Source: Eledone cirrhosa (Eukaryota). Taken from it: 64,000 nucleotides of DNA. The translations under genes were made by a program, and so were the position numbers. The notes below the pieces were generated by a model that did no database searches, was not told where the DNA came from, and worked only from the letters and a program-made list of their open reading frames with translations. Each line of letters opens with the position of its first letter. Within the stretch, counting starts at the first letter, position 1. The stretch lies in assembly GCA_964016885.1 (NCBI GenBank), contig OZ024741.1, positions 124,806,001-124,870,000 of the forward strand, read 5' to 3'. Shown here piece by piece: positions 37,696 through 51,496 of the stretch.

Positions 37696-38220
37696 AGGAA
37701 CAAGTAAGACCCCGACGGCTGAGCTCAAGCCGTTTCGACGGCTAATTCTGGACTGAATGAAAATTTATTCTGGTATTTAAATAGCCGAGCTTATCATGGG
37801 TTAATTCCATATATGGTTCAAAGAGATAATCAACAGGATTGGTCACATCACAAGTTAATAGTAAATCTGTGATGGCAAATTGATGGGGGAAGGGGTAGCT
37901 AAACCTGCCGGTAGGAGAAAAGGGGAGACGGCAGGTTTAGCTACCCCTTCCCCCACCAATTTGCCATCACAGATTTACTACTAACTTGTGATGTAACCAA
38001 TCCTGGTGATTATCTCTTTGACCATATATGGAATTACCCCTTGATAAGCTCGGCTATTTAAATACCAGAATAAATTTTCATTCAGTCCAGAATTAGCCGT
38101 CGAAACGGCTTGAGCTCAGCCGTCGGGGTCATACTTGTTCCTATTACCCACTCTACTACCCTAAGTATTCAGTACTTTGGTGCGTTATGGTCCACCTGGT
38201 TCCTTACCACTTTTCCTTCG

Positions 38221-38223
<3 letters not shown>
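37696..38223. mobile_element. (TA)n-flanked family A foldback with two U3-A8-type hammerheads (37709-37801 minus, 38036-38129 plus)
   Basis: Inverted arms meet near 37920. The short end is on the left and the tail-bearing end on the right. Confidence 0.88.
38036..38129 (+). ncRNA. Type I hammerhead ribozyme, U3-A8 core (family A)
   Basis: ACCCC-UUGAUAA-G cu CGGCUA...UAGCCG u C-GAAA-CGGC..GCCG-UC|GGGGU. It differs from the 34827 core only at the free N7 position. Confidence 0.78.
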
Positions 38224-38270
<47 letters not shown>

Positions 38271-38274
<4 letters not shown>

Positions 38275-38980
38275 GGAAAAAATGAAACGAAATTTCATTT
38301 CCCACTCTTAGTACGGCTGTTACTTAAATATAAGTATGTTAACGTACATACATATATGTATACAGACGTACAGTAGTATGTATATATACACACATACACA
38401 GATATATATATGTACTTATGGCTTCACCGAACATTTATTATAATGCTCGGTGTGTTTGTAAACAAACATCCCGTATTAAGCCATAGTGTCCAGCAAACAT
38501 CGTTGCTCGTTTGTATACATATATGTTGTACGTCGTATGCATATATGTATGTACGTGTACATACTTATATTTAAGTAACAGCCGTACTAAGAGTGGGAAA
38601 TGAAATTTCGTTTCATTTTTTCCGTTTATCGTTTTCGGGCACCCGGCCGATTAACCCACTCGATATGCAAATTGGGCTACTCAGCCGTTAATATGCATAA
38701 GGTAAGTATATACGTTCAACAATCTGGCAGGAAGGTATACGTTGCTGACGATAGCTAATAAGCTTGAAACTAGTACAGCGTTCCTTTGTCAGTGTTGAAC
38801 AAACGAGCAACGATGTTTGCTGGACACTATGGCTTAATACGGGATGTTTGTTTACAAACACACCGAGCATTATAATAAATGTTCGGTGAACCCATACTTA
38901 CATATGTATGTGTGCATATGTGTATATATACATATTACTGTACGTCTGTATACATATATGTATGTACGTTAACATACTTA
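38271..38980. mobile_element. (TA)n-flanked foldback of family E
   Basis: 38271-38512 is inverted relative to 38560-38625 and 38800-38980. Homologous to 19835-20681. Confidence 0.8.
38739..38781 (+). ncRNA. Minimal type I hammerhead ribozyme (family E, canonical core)
   Basis: ACGUUG-CUGACGA-uAGCU aaua AGCUu-GAAA-CUAG-UA|CAGCGU. Confidence 0.8.
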
Positions 38981-39074
38981 TATATATATATATATATTTA
39001 TATATATTTACCGTTAGACAGTTTATTATATGTTACTTATATTAGCTTAAAATATATATTATACTAATAACTAT

Positions 39075-39490
39075 AAGGAAATGTGGTAAGGAACCAGGTG
39101 GACCATAACGCACCAAAGTACTCAATACTTAGGGTAGTAGAATGGGTAATAGGAACGAGTAGGACCCCGACGGCTGAGCTCAAGCCGTTTCGACGGCTAA
39201 TTCTGGACTAAATGAAAATGTTTATCCTGGTATTAGAATAGCCGAGCTTCTCAAAGGGTAATTCCATATATGGTAAAAGTGATTGTCACAAGGATTGGTC
39301 AAAGGTTTGTTGTTGAGACATAATAATTCTATCATGGCAATTTGTGGAGGGAGGGGTAGCTGAACCTGCCAGTAGGAGAAAGAGGGAGATGGGGTGCAGG
39401 AGACCCAGTCATGCGTTGATAGTGCCGACTACAGCTGGGCATGAGGTCAAAGAAGATACTAGGGAGGGTGAGGGGAGGAAGTCTGAATAG
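39075..39490 (-). mobile_element. Family A pLTR fragment with hammerhead (39164-39259)
   Basis: Matches 31661-32050 and 53551-53977. The minus-strand core is UUGAGAA. Confidence 0.85.
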
Positions 39491-39724
39491 GAAGTCTGAA
39501 CAGATCAGAACAAACATCACGGACGCTCTATCTCAAAATTATTTTTGAAAAGCATTAGCAATGCGCAACCGGTAAAACTTAAAACCTAAACTGAATACTA
39601 ACCAATACAATTACTAATTCTCACTTATTCCTAATTAAACTATTTTTCACTGCGAACAATTTGTCAGCATTTTCTATTCCGTTTACCAATATATAATAAC
39701 TTGTGTGTTACACCTCTATTCTTT

Positions 39725-39786
<62 letters not shown>

Positions 39787-40504
39787 CATATATATATATA
39801 TATTATTTGTTTGTTAAAATAATCAAATTAAATTAATTCAACAGTTAAACACACATAGGAATAATAAGGTTGTTATCAAAGAGCCAGAAGATTGGCAAGT
39901 TGACCCTAAATATTACTAATAGCTCTAGGAAAGCTACGAACGACACTACATCTTTTTAACTTTGATTTTCTAAGTGGTTTATAATTATTAATTTTCATTA
40001 CACTTTTGTAGCTGTCTCGGCGGCCTAATTGGAAGAATCATAGACGTTGGTTATCCTGGTCTGAAGTTCGATACTGGTCGGGAGTAGGGTTCCCGGTAAA
40101 CATTTTCAGTTTTTTTCTATGGGATGTAAAATAAAAACTGAAAAAGATTACACGTACCTCTCGACCAGGATTGAACCCAACCCAGGATCGTCACCGTCTC
40201 TAGTACCTACTGCTAGGCCACTGAGACTACTACGAAAAACTTATGAAAATTCATACTTATAAACCTTTCAAAATGTTCAATACAAAATGATGTCTTTCTT
40301 AATGTTATTGCTCCTACTTAAGGTCGACTTCTAAATCATTTGATGTTCCATAAACTAAATCGTTTTGTTTCTCGTCTATCTAGACTATATTTTAACCATG
40401 TTTCATTTTTGTTGCACCTCATTTCTCCCTCCCCTCTCTCTATCTCTCCCCATCTCTCTCCCTCACACTCTCTCTCTATATATATATAATATTTGTTTAT
40501 TAAA

Positions 40505-41130
40505 AGTGTATGACCACTGATAAAAACAATGCCAATCTCCAACTCACAATCTACAACCAGCAAATTGCTCCAGTTATGGAGTTTGTATATCTCGGTCACA
40601 AACTATCATCAAACATCAATAGAATGGTTACTGTGCAATATCGAATCGCTCTAGGTCGGGAAGCTTTCAACCAGAACAAGGAAATACTAAGATCAAAGCG
40701 AGTTTCTTTAAAGGCTAAGATCTTTGATACTTACAGCCTACCAGTTGTGTTATATGGTTTTGGCTGTGTTAATTGTACGCTCTCTACATTCTAGAATCAC
40801 ATCATGAGACTTATGACTAGCAAGCGGCTCAGCGACCGTATCTGTATCAGTGAGGCTGCTCAACATTATCAAACTTAGACCAATTACATCAATTGTCAAT
40901 TCAAGAGTACTCAAACTATACGGCCATATATAAAGATAAACTGGTGGTGTGAGTAGGTTATGCCTTGAAGAGAGGTTGGCTTGTAAGAGAAGCAGAGGCC
41001 GGCAGCCAAAACAATGGTTTGACAATGTCAACTCATGGACTGGACTTGATCTTTGCTCTTTAAATTCTGCTGCTGATAATCGAACTTTGTGGAGAGAGAT
41101 ATCACATGTTAATGTGCAGTCTGAATATAT
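40505..41130 (+). pseudogene. RTE-type LINE ORF C-terminal fragment
   Basis: EFVYLG..RIALGREAF..KIFDTYSLPVVLYG and RSRGRQPKQWFDNV..AADNRTLWR. Confidence 0.8.
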
Positions 41131-41220
41131 ACACCAACTTCAACACTAATTTATTTGACAGATGTCTTTAACCCATTGGTACCAAACATTATTTGGTCAG
41201 TAGTTCGTGTATATGTGTAA

Positions 41221-41300
<80 letters not shown>

Positions 41301-41350
41301 ATTTTTAAAAGGGGTACGTCAATGTCTATTTATAAAACTGTTATATATTG

Positions 41351-41415
41351 TATTTTGTCTGATGAAGGCATACCATAATGTAACTTGGTATCCTTGAAAT
41401 ATATATAATGAAATA
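41351..41415 (+). ncRNA. Minimal type I hammerhead ribozyme
   Basis: UAUUUUGU-CUGAUGA-AGGcAUACCA..UGGUAUcCUU-GAAA-UAUAUA-UA|AUGAAAUA, inside a (TA)n-flanked cassette at 41298-41455. Confidence 0.78.
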
Positions 41416-41454
41416 AATATGGTTTTATAAATATAGTTTCCATTTATTAATATC

Positions 41455-41493
<39 letters not shown>

Positions 41494-41534
41494 ATATATT
41501 TATATTTATATCATATTTATATATATATAGTTAT

Positions 41535-41569
<35 letters not shown>

Positions 41570-41590
41570 CACACACACACACACACACAC

Positions 41591-41633
<43 letters not shown>

Positions 41634-42088
41634 GGCTAAATAGTGACTCACTACTTAGGCTTAGGAAAATGAATAATAAAACTCTACTTCGGTATTGAGT
41701 ACTGTTTTCTCTCAGCCACGAACCACATACTTAGAGGCAGGCGAAACTCCAGAGTAACAATTCTCACTAATTAGATTCAACCCTTTACCATTTATATTAC
41801 TCTATATATATTATTGTATTTTCGTAGTAAATATATTATCTCGCATGAATATCTCACATAATATCGAATCTACGAGATTTTGATATCATTTATTTTGAGA
41901 ACAATACCTTAACATAAGCATCAGCAGCGAGTTGTAGCTGGTTTAAACAAAGAATTGTGGCCGGTTATGGCCGGTTTAAATACTAAAGGGCGAATAATTA
42001 TTAACCCTTTTATATTCATATTATAATATGAATATTTAAACACTACCTCTGTATTGTGTACGTTTTCTTTTGGCTGTCAACTACATAC

Positions 42089-42228
<140 letters not shown>

Positions 42229-42824
42229 GAAAACAGGGAGAAAGAGACGATTATTAGGAAGAAAAAAAATTTTTTTTCCTTTTTTATTTATTTCTCTCTT
42301 TTTTCTGGGTTAGAAAATGATTAAAACGAAATATTTTACTTTGTTTGAAGTGTTAAGGTATTAGTTGATTTATTTATTAATTAACAAAGGTATTTATTTA
42401 TCTATTTATATATTTAATAATTGTCTATTACCGGTTTCAGCATTTTTATGCATTATCAAATGATAGTGATATGTATTAGTGTAGTATGCAGATGTTAAAG
42501 AAATGGTGCAGAAAGAATAATGTTATTTACAAACAAGGTTTATGAAGTGAAAAGAAAAAAGAAAAAAGAAAATAAGGGGCGTAATGTGGAGCATAAAAGT
42601 CAATGTGAAGGAAAAAATAATGTTATTTACAGGCATAGTTCTTGAAGTTAAGCAGATCAAAATGTGTTAATATAGCAAGGGTGCTTAGTTGATCTTTGAT
42701 GGAGGCAAATGGTGGAATGGAGTTTGATATGATTTCCCTTTTTAGAGAGTTAATATGCAGGGGGAGGCAATCCATGCTGGATGATATTTAATTTATTTAA
42801 GAAAAAGGGTTAGGTAGGTACTTG

Positions 42825-45010
42825 ATAACATAAAAACCGAAATTGAACTCCTTAAATTGAGAGCCGAAGCAAATGAAGATAGGATCAAATCAATCGACGA
42901 TGAGATTAATCAAGCAATTATCAATAAAACCAAAGACACCACCCTAGAAAATATTTTTAAAATATGGTTAGAGGACTGTAATAAGGAAGAATTAAAATCC
43001 CTTCAACGTTGGGAAAGAAACGAAAGCTGGTTCTCTAACTATGAAACACTTTTCCAAAAAGAACACACATCCAAGAACCCCTTCATTAAAACCATAACAA
43101 GAAAACTTAATCAACACTCAAACAACACACAACAACCAAGAACAACAAAAAAAACAATACCCCCACCCCCCCGCATACCAACAAAAGAAGGCAGCACCTC
43201 GCCCCTACCTCCTACATCTTCCACACAACTACCACACGGATTTCCAAGCAACAAATATAGTAATAGAGAATCAGCTACAAGATAGACACTACAACTTCTC
43301 TCCCACCAGGAGAAACCATAGAATCCCCCACACTTACAACCCCCTAACATCCCCACACAACAAACCCACAACCATCTTTACTTCCAACATAGAACCCAAA
43401 CTACACAACTACCGCACATGTCACACAGGGCTTCACAACCACACACCAGCTATAAGGAAACCTTAATCTACCCTCCTCACTAACCACATCCTATTACAAC
43501 AACACCAGCAGGGGACAATACAACCACATGAGACACCCTAACCACTACAGCCACCATAGCTACACACCATATAACAGCAACAGCAGGACTCAATATAACC
43601 ACACAAGACAACCCTACTACAACTACCACCAAGTCTACACACCCTACAACAACAGCAGTGCTCAGTGCAACCATACGATACAACCCAACTTCAACAACCT
43701 CCACAACTTCTCACCCTATTACCACGTCCATCAAATCTACACACCCTACATCATCAGCAGGGCTCAATACAACCACACGATAAAACCTAAACTCAACAAC
43801 CACCAACAGCAGAGGCCAATACAACTATAAGAGACATCCAAACTTCAACAGCCATCACAACTTCCGTAATCATTTTTTAGACACAGCACACAGACACAGG
43901 ATAATAAGATAACACAAAACACACAGGAGACACAAAATGTAATAAAAATTGTTAATTTAACCTCTAAAGAATTAACAACAGACCAAATCAACATACTCTC
44001 CAAAGGTCTAAAATTTACACCAACTCCCTAACAACCAAACTACCCCGAAATGAAGGAGGATATTGCAGAATTCTGTAGAAAACTAAGACTCAGCGAACAA
44101 CTATACGACAAATACAATGAGGATGACTCTATAGCCAGAAATAGAAGCAACTATACCCCACCAAAAGGAAAGAACAAATTCCTCGATCAATTCTGCGAAC
44201 ACATTACTAATTACCCATACCACCACCTACACAGACATAAACAAAAACCAAACCTAAGCAAAAAAGAATGGAATGGTCTTAACAGTCTAAAAAACGACAA
44301 AACCCTAACAATCAAAGAGACAGATAAAGGGAGTGCAGTAGTCCTTATGGAGACAGATTACTACACGACTCTAGTACTCTCAACTCTAGAAAACCAAACA
44401 TATTATGAAAAGGCCCAACACTACACACAGCAGAAAATAATGAGAAACCTAAAATCCCTAACAACCCTTTACAAAGAAGGCCTTACAGACAAGGAATACA
44501 ACTACATCACCAATTTCAAAAGCAGAACCAGCCTCTTCTACGGTATCCCAAAGACACACAAAAGCGAAGTAATAGGTAGGGCCTGCAAGCAAGCCACAGA
44601 CGTTTACGTCAATATAGTCCCTCCTGATGACCTTAAATTAAGACCCATAATAGCAGGCACCACATGTGAAACCCACCGCCTAAGCAACTTCCTAGATATT
44701 CTGCTTAAACTTTTCCTAAAACACATAAAAAGCTTCATGAGGGACGGCCTTGACATGCTCAACCACCTCACAACAACACTCAATAATGAACATACCCTAC
44801 TAGTAACCTTTGATGTCATCAATTTATATTGCAATATCACACAAAATAGGTATAGAGGCAATACAATTCTGGCTTGAAAATTTACCTAGTGAACTCCTAC
44901 AACGCATCCCTAAAGAATTTGTGTTGGAGGGACTCAAATTCATCTTGGAAAACAATTTCTTCGAATTCAATGCCAAATACTACAGACAGAAATCTGGGAC
45001 TGCTATAGCT
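42825..45010 (+). pseudogene. Penelope-like element of a second lineage (Neptune/Naiad-like RT N-terminal half), truncated
   Basis: LSKGLKFTPTP, IKETDKGSAVV, FYGIPKTHK, LRPIIAG..THRLSNFLDILLK, LVTFDVINLYCNI and FILENNFFEFN..YYRQKSGTA. Clade assignment is tentative. Confidence 0.85.
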
Positions 45011-45247
45011 AAATATTATGAGGTTGTGTAATTACTTATAGCATTTGCACAAGGCCATCAATTTTGGGGAAAGTGAAAATCGGTTACATCGACATGAGTT
45101 CTTATATGGTACTTTATTGTATCGACACTAGAAGGAGGAAAATAAAGCTAACATCAGCGGGATTTCACCTCTGAATATATAAAGTTGTAACTAAATCCCA
45201 TAAAGCATTGGGAATGAAATATTGCTAATCCTTCAGCTTTGTGTTGG

Positions 45248-48200
45248 TCAGCAAATAAGTATCTGTACAGTATTAGATACAAAGTTTTGGAATGTTTTAC
45301 ATATTTTTACTGTTCCATTAATGGATTGTACTTGTAATTTCATAACTAGTTGTGTTCTTTCTGTTCCTGTGAAGACCAGCTTCTCAAGATTTGTATTGAG
45401 GCAGTTACTAACATATCCCAGTGCCCCAATAATCACAGGCATAAATCTGAAGGTATAATCAGGGTGGAGTATCGGCAGATTTCTCATCAGTTCTGCATAA
45501 ATATTCTCCTTTTCGTTAATCTTTGATATTATATTGGCATATGCTGGGCAGCTAACTTCCACTACTGTGTATGCCTTCTTTTCCCTGTCCCATATAATAT
45601 CTGCTCTGTTATACCTGCATTTTATTGGGGTTTTTACTGGAACATTCCACCAGTACTCTTTCATATTATATATATGTATGTCTTCCACGTTGCTGTAGCT
45701 TTTATTGTGTTTATTATTGGGGCTATCTTTTCTACGGATTGCATTGTACAGTGTTTTGGCACCTACATCAAGCCTCATAGGTAGATAGTATCGCGATGAC
45801 ATTTTTGGACAACTGCTGATGACATGGGTGATATCTTCGATGTTAATTCTTCAGAGTCTGCACTTGTTATCACATCTATGTGTTTTGCCTGCACTCCTAT
45901 CTCTTTTCTGAATCAGGTATTTCGTGTTGATTTCCTGTTCTTGGATTGCAAAAGCGTATCCTTCAAAGTGGGAGCCAATATAGCGGTTGTTGGTCCAAGA
46001 TAGACTACTTTCTTTACCTATATTATTCTCACTCTGGAGCTTCCTGGCAACATATCCATGCATGATTTTTTGCTGATAAGCATGCAGTTTTTCATCCATG
46101 GATTCACTGCGATTATGCTGAGCGACTTCCCTGGGTGTGAGTTTTTGATTATCACACAGGGAATACCTCTCGAGGACTGCCTTCCCAACTCTCATGATCT
46201 TATCTGTTTCATGTAGATAGACTTGCTCGAGAGACGGGCTCGAGAGACGGGCTCGAGAGACGGGCTCCGACAACATCTACTAAACTCTTTGAGTTTAGTA
46301 GATGTTGTCGGAGGCATATGATGCGACATTCAAATGCTGTCTGGACTGATGTTAGGCCTCTGCCTCCCTGCTTACGTTTCAAGTAAAGCCGGTCTATGTC
46401 ACTGTTGATGTGGAAGTTCCCGGAGTTGTTTAGTATGTTTCGTCTATGGTCTAATTGAGTATTCCAAAAGTTGGTGTTAGGACAGGCACAGCAACACACA
46501 TTGTGAGCCACTGTTTTGTGTTGCGCAGAGATTTCCGATGACCATATGATTCTTAATCGGGTGTAGTATTCCCTGGTTACGCGTTCCTTATTACAGATAC
46601 CATTATAGGATATGTTCTCATCTATCCCCAGGTAGCTGTAGCAGTCCTCATCAGATATCGGTGAAACAGTTAGGCCATTGATACAAATGTTGCTAGATTG
46701 GGTTGTTGTTTTTCCCCGCTTTACAGTCATATATGAGCATTTATCTTGGCCAAACTCCATTCCTATATCCTTTGAGAACGTTGTAACCAGGTCAAGATTT
46801 TTCTTCATCCCATCCATGTTCTTGGCATAGAGTTTCAGGTCATCCACAAAGAAATTATGGGTTAGGTCCGTATATCTATCCTCCTCTGAGTCAATGGTGT
46901 ATCCTTCACATTTCTTGAGCACAAAGGACAAGGGGTTTAATGACAGGATGAATAATATCACAGAGAGACTGTCTCCCTGAAATATATCCCTGTGATATGT
47001 TATTTTATCAGTGAAAATAGAGTCCTCCTTCTCTGTCTTTAACTTTAGGAAAATAGCCCAAGAAGAAGACAGCCTCTCTATGGCTCTGATTATAATGTCT
47101 GGGACATTAGCTAGTCGGAGGGCCTCTATCCTCCATGATTGGGGAACAGAATTTAAAGCTTTCCTGTAGTCCAACCACACTGTAGCCATATTCCTCCTAA
47201 GTTGTCGCATCTCCGACATCGCATTTTTGTAGATTAGGAGTTGTTCAGCACATCCCCAAACCCCTTTCTTTCCAGGTGCTTGTTCATTTGTGATGATCTT
47301 ATTATTTTCACAGTGATCTTGGAGGAATATGTTCAGGCAGGCTGTATACATCTTATACATCAGGTTCTGGCATGGAATGGGTCGGTGGTTTTTGCCAGGA
47401 CGGTGTCTTTGTTCTTGGGGACCAATAATGTTTGTGCTAATGTCAACTATTCTGGTATAAGTGTATCTCCCTTAAGAACTTGGTAGAGGTCGGTAAGATA
47501 TATCCGATAGAATATCAGTTTTTGGTATCAGTAGCCGACAATCACGTCTCTTCCTGGTGTTTTCTTATCTTGGAGTTATATCGTATGTGTTTGTTGTAGT
47601 GTAGGAGCAATAGTTCTTTTGGATTTATTTTAGCCACACTGCATCTTGGTTGAAATTCTTCTTTTCACCCCATATTTTTCTCCAAAAGGAATCTATGTCT
47701 TTTTGGGATGGGGCCTCAATGACACTTATTATTTTGCCCTTCATATCTCTATAGACTGATGTTTGGTTTCGTCTGAATCTTTTATTCAGCACTTTTCTTT
47801 CATCTATCATCTTCAGGTATCGGTGTTTTTCGCTAACGGCTTTCAATTCTTGTTTGAGTGTGATCAGCTTATATTGAAGAGTTCTGGTTCTACTGTTACC
47901 AAACATCGTCTCTATTTCATTTTTCACTCTTTTTGTGTCTGTTTACATGTAAGGAGCATTGTCACATATCCTATGTTTTTTCGTAGGTCAGAAATATCTT
48001 TTTCTATTTTAGTTATATATGATGGTATTTTTGGTGATGTTTTGTTCTTGTTAATATCTCTGCTATCACCAAGATAATACTTCACTGTCATTGCTAAGGC
48101 ATATAAATAGGCGTTGATTTGCCAAAATGTTGGGGTTTTTATCCGTCGTAAATATTCATCCCCTATTTCGTCCATAACACGTAATATTTCATTATTTGTT

Positions 48201-48800
48201 TTTTTTATTAAATATTGTTGTTTTAATACGTTCAGCAAGAGAAATGTTTATACATGAATTAATTTCTCTTTGGAAGAGTTCGTTGAGGGAAATTTTCAAT
48301 TGTTTATACTTTTGATTAGTATCATTATCGATAGAATTTTCCACAATTGTCGAGGTAGACTTGGATGATACACGTGGTGTCAAATGTGGTCGATTATTAT
48401 TATTATTATTTCTTCGATTATTATTATTATCGATAGTGTTTTTCCAAGCATTCGAGGTAGACTTAGATGGTACACGTGGTGTGTGTCAAATTTCTTACAG
48501 GCATAGTTGTTTCAAGGTACTGTTCGACCTGGCTGCTAGGAAGTCTAGTACCATGCTGACCTGTAGCACGCGTTGTTGATTCCATGTTTGTTCTGGGGGA
48601 CTTACAATTAATAATATTTATCTTATTTCTACGTTCGACAAACGTTGCTTGTTGGCGTAATTGTTTCGTTGTGAAACGATTTAGCTCTGGGTGTATTTCG
48701 TCCCAGCGTAGCCTCATTCTGTTCATATAGCCAATGGGGGTATTGTTTTTTGCCATTTTATAACAATTAAACAAATCATCATTAAGTTCGCAACCCCAAG
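45248..48800 (-). pseudogene. R4/Dong-like non-LTR retrotransposon (RT + CCHC + restriction-like endonuclease), frameshifted
   Basis: EQAPGKKGVWGCAEQLL, WLDYRKALNSVP, FQGDSLS, FFVDDLKLY, RKQGGRGL, AIQEQEINTK, KCRL..ITHVISSC and RADII..VVEVSCP..KENIY. Confidence 0.88.
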
Positions 48801-49154
48801 AGAAATGCGATTTATAATTTCCGTTTCTTCTGTAGCTACAACTGATTAAATTTTGTTTACATTTCTCATTTGTCTTCGGTATTCAACTGATGTTGTTGTT
48901 GATGTTCTGTTCAGCAATGCTATTTCTATCAAATCCTTGTAAAATGAATTATGTATTTAGTCGGATCTCTACGAATTCGAATAGAAGGTGTCTTCCGTGG
49001 ATATAGTTAGAAGAACATCCAGTTATTCAACATGGCTGGTAGTTGTGGCATTACTCTCGGAGATAGTATGCATCTTAAATTTAATGAATAGTCTCCGACG
49101 TCAAAATATGCGACTGATCGCGTTGACTGACTATGTATGTATGTATGTATGTAT

Positions 49155-50052
49155 TCACGGCACAGGCATTGCTTTATATCTGGAAATCTCTCTGTACTTG
49201 TCGTCACATGGTACCATGGGCCCAGCACTATGTGTCAATAATTGTCCCAAGTGTAGTGTTTGTACCAGATTTTTCAAGTTGCTGGCTGGACTAAAAGGTC
49301 ACACTCGTTCAGCGCATCGGTAGGGTTCTCCTACATGGATATAAAGTAGTGGCCGTACTCGAAAACGAGTTGGCAACCACCCTGTATGTATGTATGTATG
49401 TATGTATGTATGTATGTATGTATGTATGTATGTATGTATGTATGTCAGGACACCAGTTGGTGCTACTGGTAACATGTATCCCAGTATAACCTGTCTCATA
49501 TTCGGGTCGTTGGCGACTAAACTGGCAACTCCACCAAGATTTCTTGGTGAGGAGGGTGACTTTGAACATCCAACAGGACTAAAATCAAAACCTGTCAAAT
49601 AGCAAAGGAGCTCTTAAGAGTCAATGGCCATCCAAAATCACCGGGAGAGATGACCCCTTAGCCTTTGTCAAGGCAGAATTCTAGGAGAAGGAAAACTCTG
49701 ATATAACACCTGCAACCCTGATGGTATCCAATGATGTTGACTTGTTCTTCTTTTTGGTAAATATCATCTTGGTTAAGAGAGTGGGACTGGATTTGTGCAG
49801 TGCCTTTGCTCACTATAAAAGCTTCACGGCACAGGCATTGCTTTATATCTGGAAATCTCTCTGCACTTGTCGTCACATGGTACCATGGGCCCAGCACTAT
49901 GTGTTAATAATTGTCACAAGTGTAGTGTTTGTACCAAAGTTTTCAAGTCGCTGGCTGGACTATAAAGTCGCACTCGTGCAGCGCATCGGTAGAGGTTCTC
50001 CTACATGGATATAAAGTAGTGGCCGTACTCGAAAACGAGTTGGCAGCCACCA
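49155..50052 (+). mobile_element. Truncated (49155-49380) plus full (49444-50052) non-autonomous RTE-type retroposon copies separated by (TATG)n
   Basis: High identity to 9834-10437. Followed by an older RTE remnant (DRFVYWGVL / SLDAEIGLRIGKA) at about 50060-50160. Confidence 0.75.
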
Positions 50053-51463
50053 TGTATGTTGCTGACAGATTTGTGTATTGGGGAGTACTCTGAGTGTGAC
50101 CTGCTCTCTAGATGCTGAAATTGGTCTGCGTATTGGCAAAGCAACTGAGTCATTTAGAAGGTTCGGCGACCGCTGTAGTGCAGGAACGCAGGTGAGTCAA
50201 CGGCCATTCAATAAGGATTTGTTTGTAGAGTGAGAAACTCCTAGTCTCTGTAGGAGAAAGTCAGTCTGATATGTAACCTGCGACTTCGTTTTCAGCCAAT
50301 GATGTAGACAAGCTCTTCTTTTGGGGGCAAATGCATCGATGTTCGGAGAGTGGGATTGGCTCTGAGCAAATCCTTTCCGCACTTATAACAGCTTCAAGCA
50401 CAGGTAACGTTTTGTATGTGACATGTGACATTGTTTTCCAATGTATGTTATTGCTGGCCATAAGCAAGTTCCTAGCAGGACTAAAACGTCACATTCGTGC
50501 TCATGCTTAAGTATCAACCGATGGCATTACTCGAAATCAAGTTTTGGCAAATATTACTATTGCAAATAAAGCACAAGTTCAAATGTTCGTTGGAAGTTCA
50601 TATCATTCTGCCGCCCAGAAAAAGATTTTGCCTTTAAATTACTCGAGATTCACTACAATGGATACGCTTAGAATAGAGGCTATTTTGTTCGAGAGTCCCT
50701 ACGGGCTCGAGTCTCAAAGAAGGAGCTCTGCTGGACTGTTCAAATTATGTCTTTGCTTATTACAGGTTCTTATCTCATCTTCGTTTAATTAAGTTGGAGG
50801 ACTCATCCTTTCCTTTTTAGAATACCTTTCTATTAAATTAACTAAACTAAAGAATAAATTTAAAAATATGTCGGTGTGAGTTCGTATCATGTCAAAAATG
50901 TAGTTTTCCCTTTTCGTACATGTGTATACATTGATAGAGACATTGCGAATCGCATGCACAAACACACACACACTTACACACATAATTATATGAAGAGAAA
51001 TACCTCTTGGATGGCGGTATGTTTGATAGTCTTCAATATAACTGAATATTTGATTTATCTCTGCAACCAGGTTTTTTGTTCTGAGCACGTGGAATCCCTA
51101 GAGATAGGGTTTTCAGTGCAAATGCATTAATCTGTTGTACGATACGCGTGCGTGTTGCTAAGGTCGTTTATTAATATCGGAGAACGTTTAAGTTCATTTA
51201 TTTCGTCCATTTTGTTCATTGCCTCGTTATCATTGAATGCTGCTTATGTTGTTGTTGTTGTTGTTGTTGTGCATTCCTTATACTGAGGAATATTAACAAG
51301 AAACACTGTTATCTGTTGTTGCTGGATATATCGATGATATTGACTGCATTCAACCCAACGAAATATCCGCTCAATAAAATGTAAACGATATTTGCTTCAA
51401 GTGATCTTTTTATATCTTAAAGTTGAACCGATGCAAAATATTTATGATGATCAAGAGAATGTT

Positions 51464-51496
<33 letters not shown>

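Noticed and set aside
41700-41762. Isolated hammerhead 3' halves (GAAA-CUCcaGAG-UA here; similar at 53175-53260, 58770-58840 and 63080-63123)
   Set aside because: No recognisable 5' core strand. They may be truncated relics but cannot be supported individually.
41168-41994. Possible piggyBac-like MITE ends (TTAACCCATTGGTA ... TACTAAAGGG)
   Set aside because: Only a ~10 bp imperfect TIR, and the right TTAA is absent.
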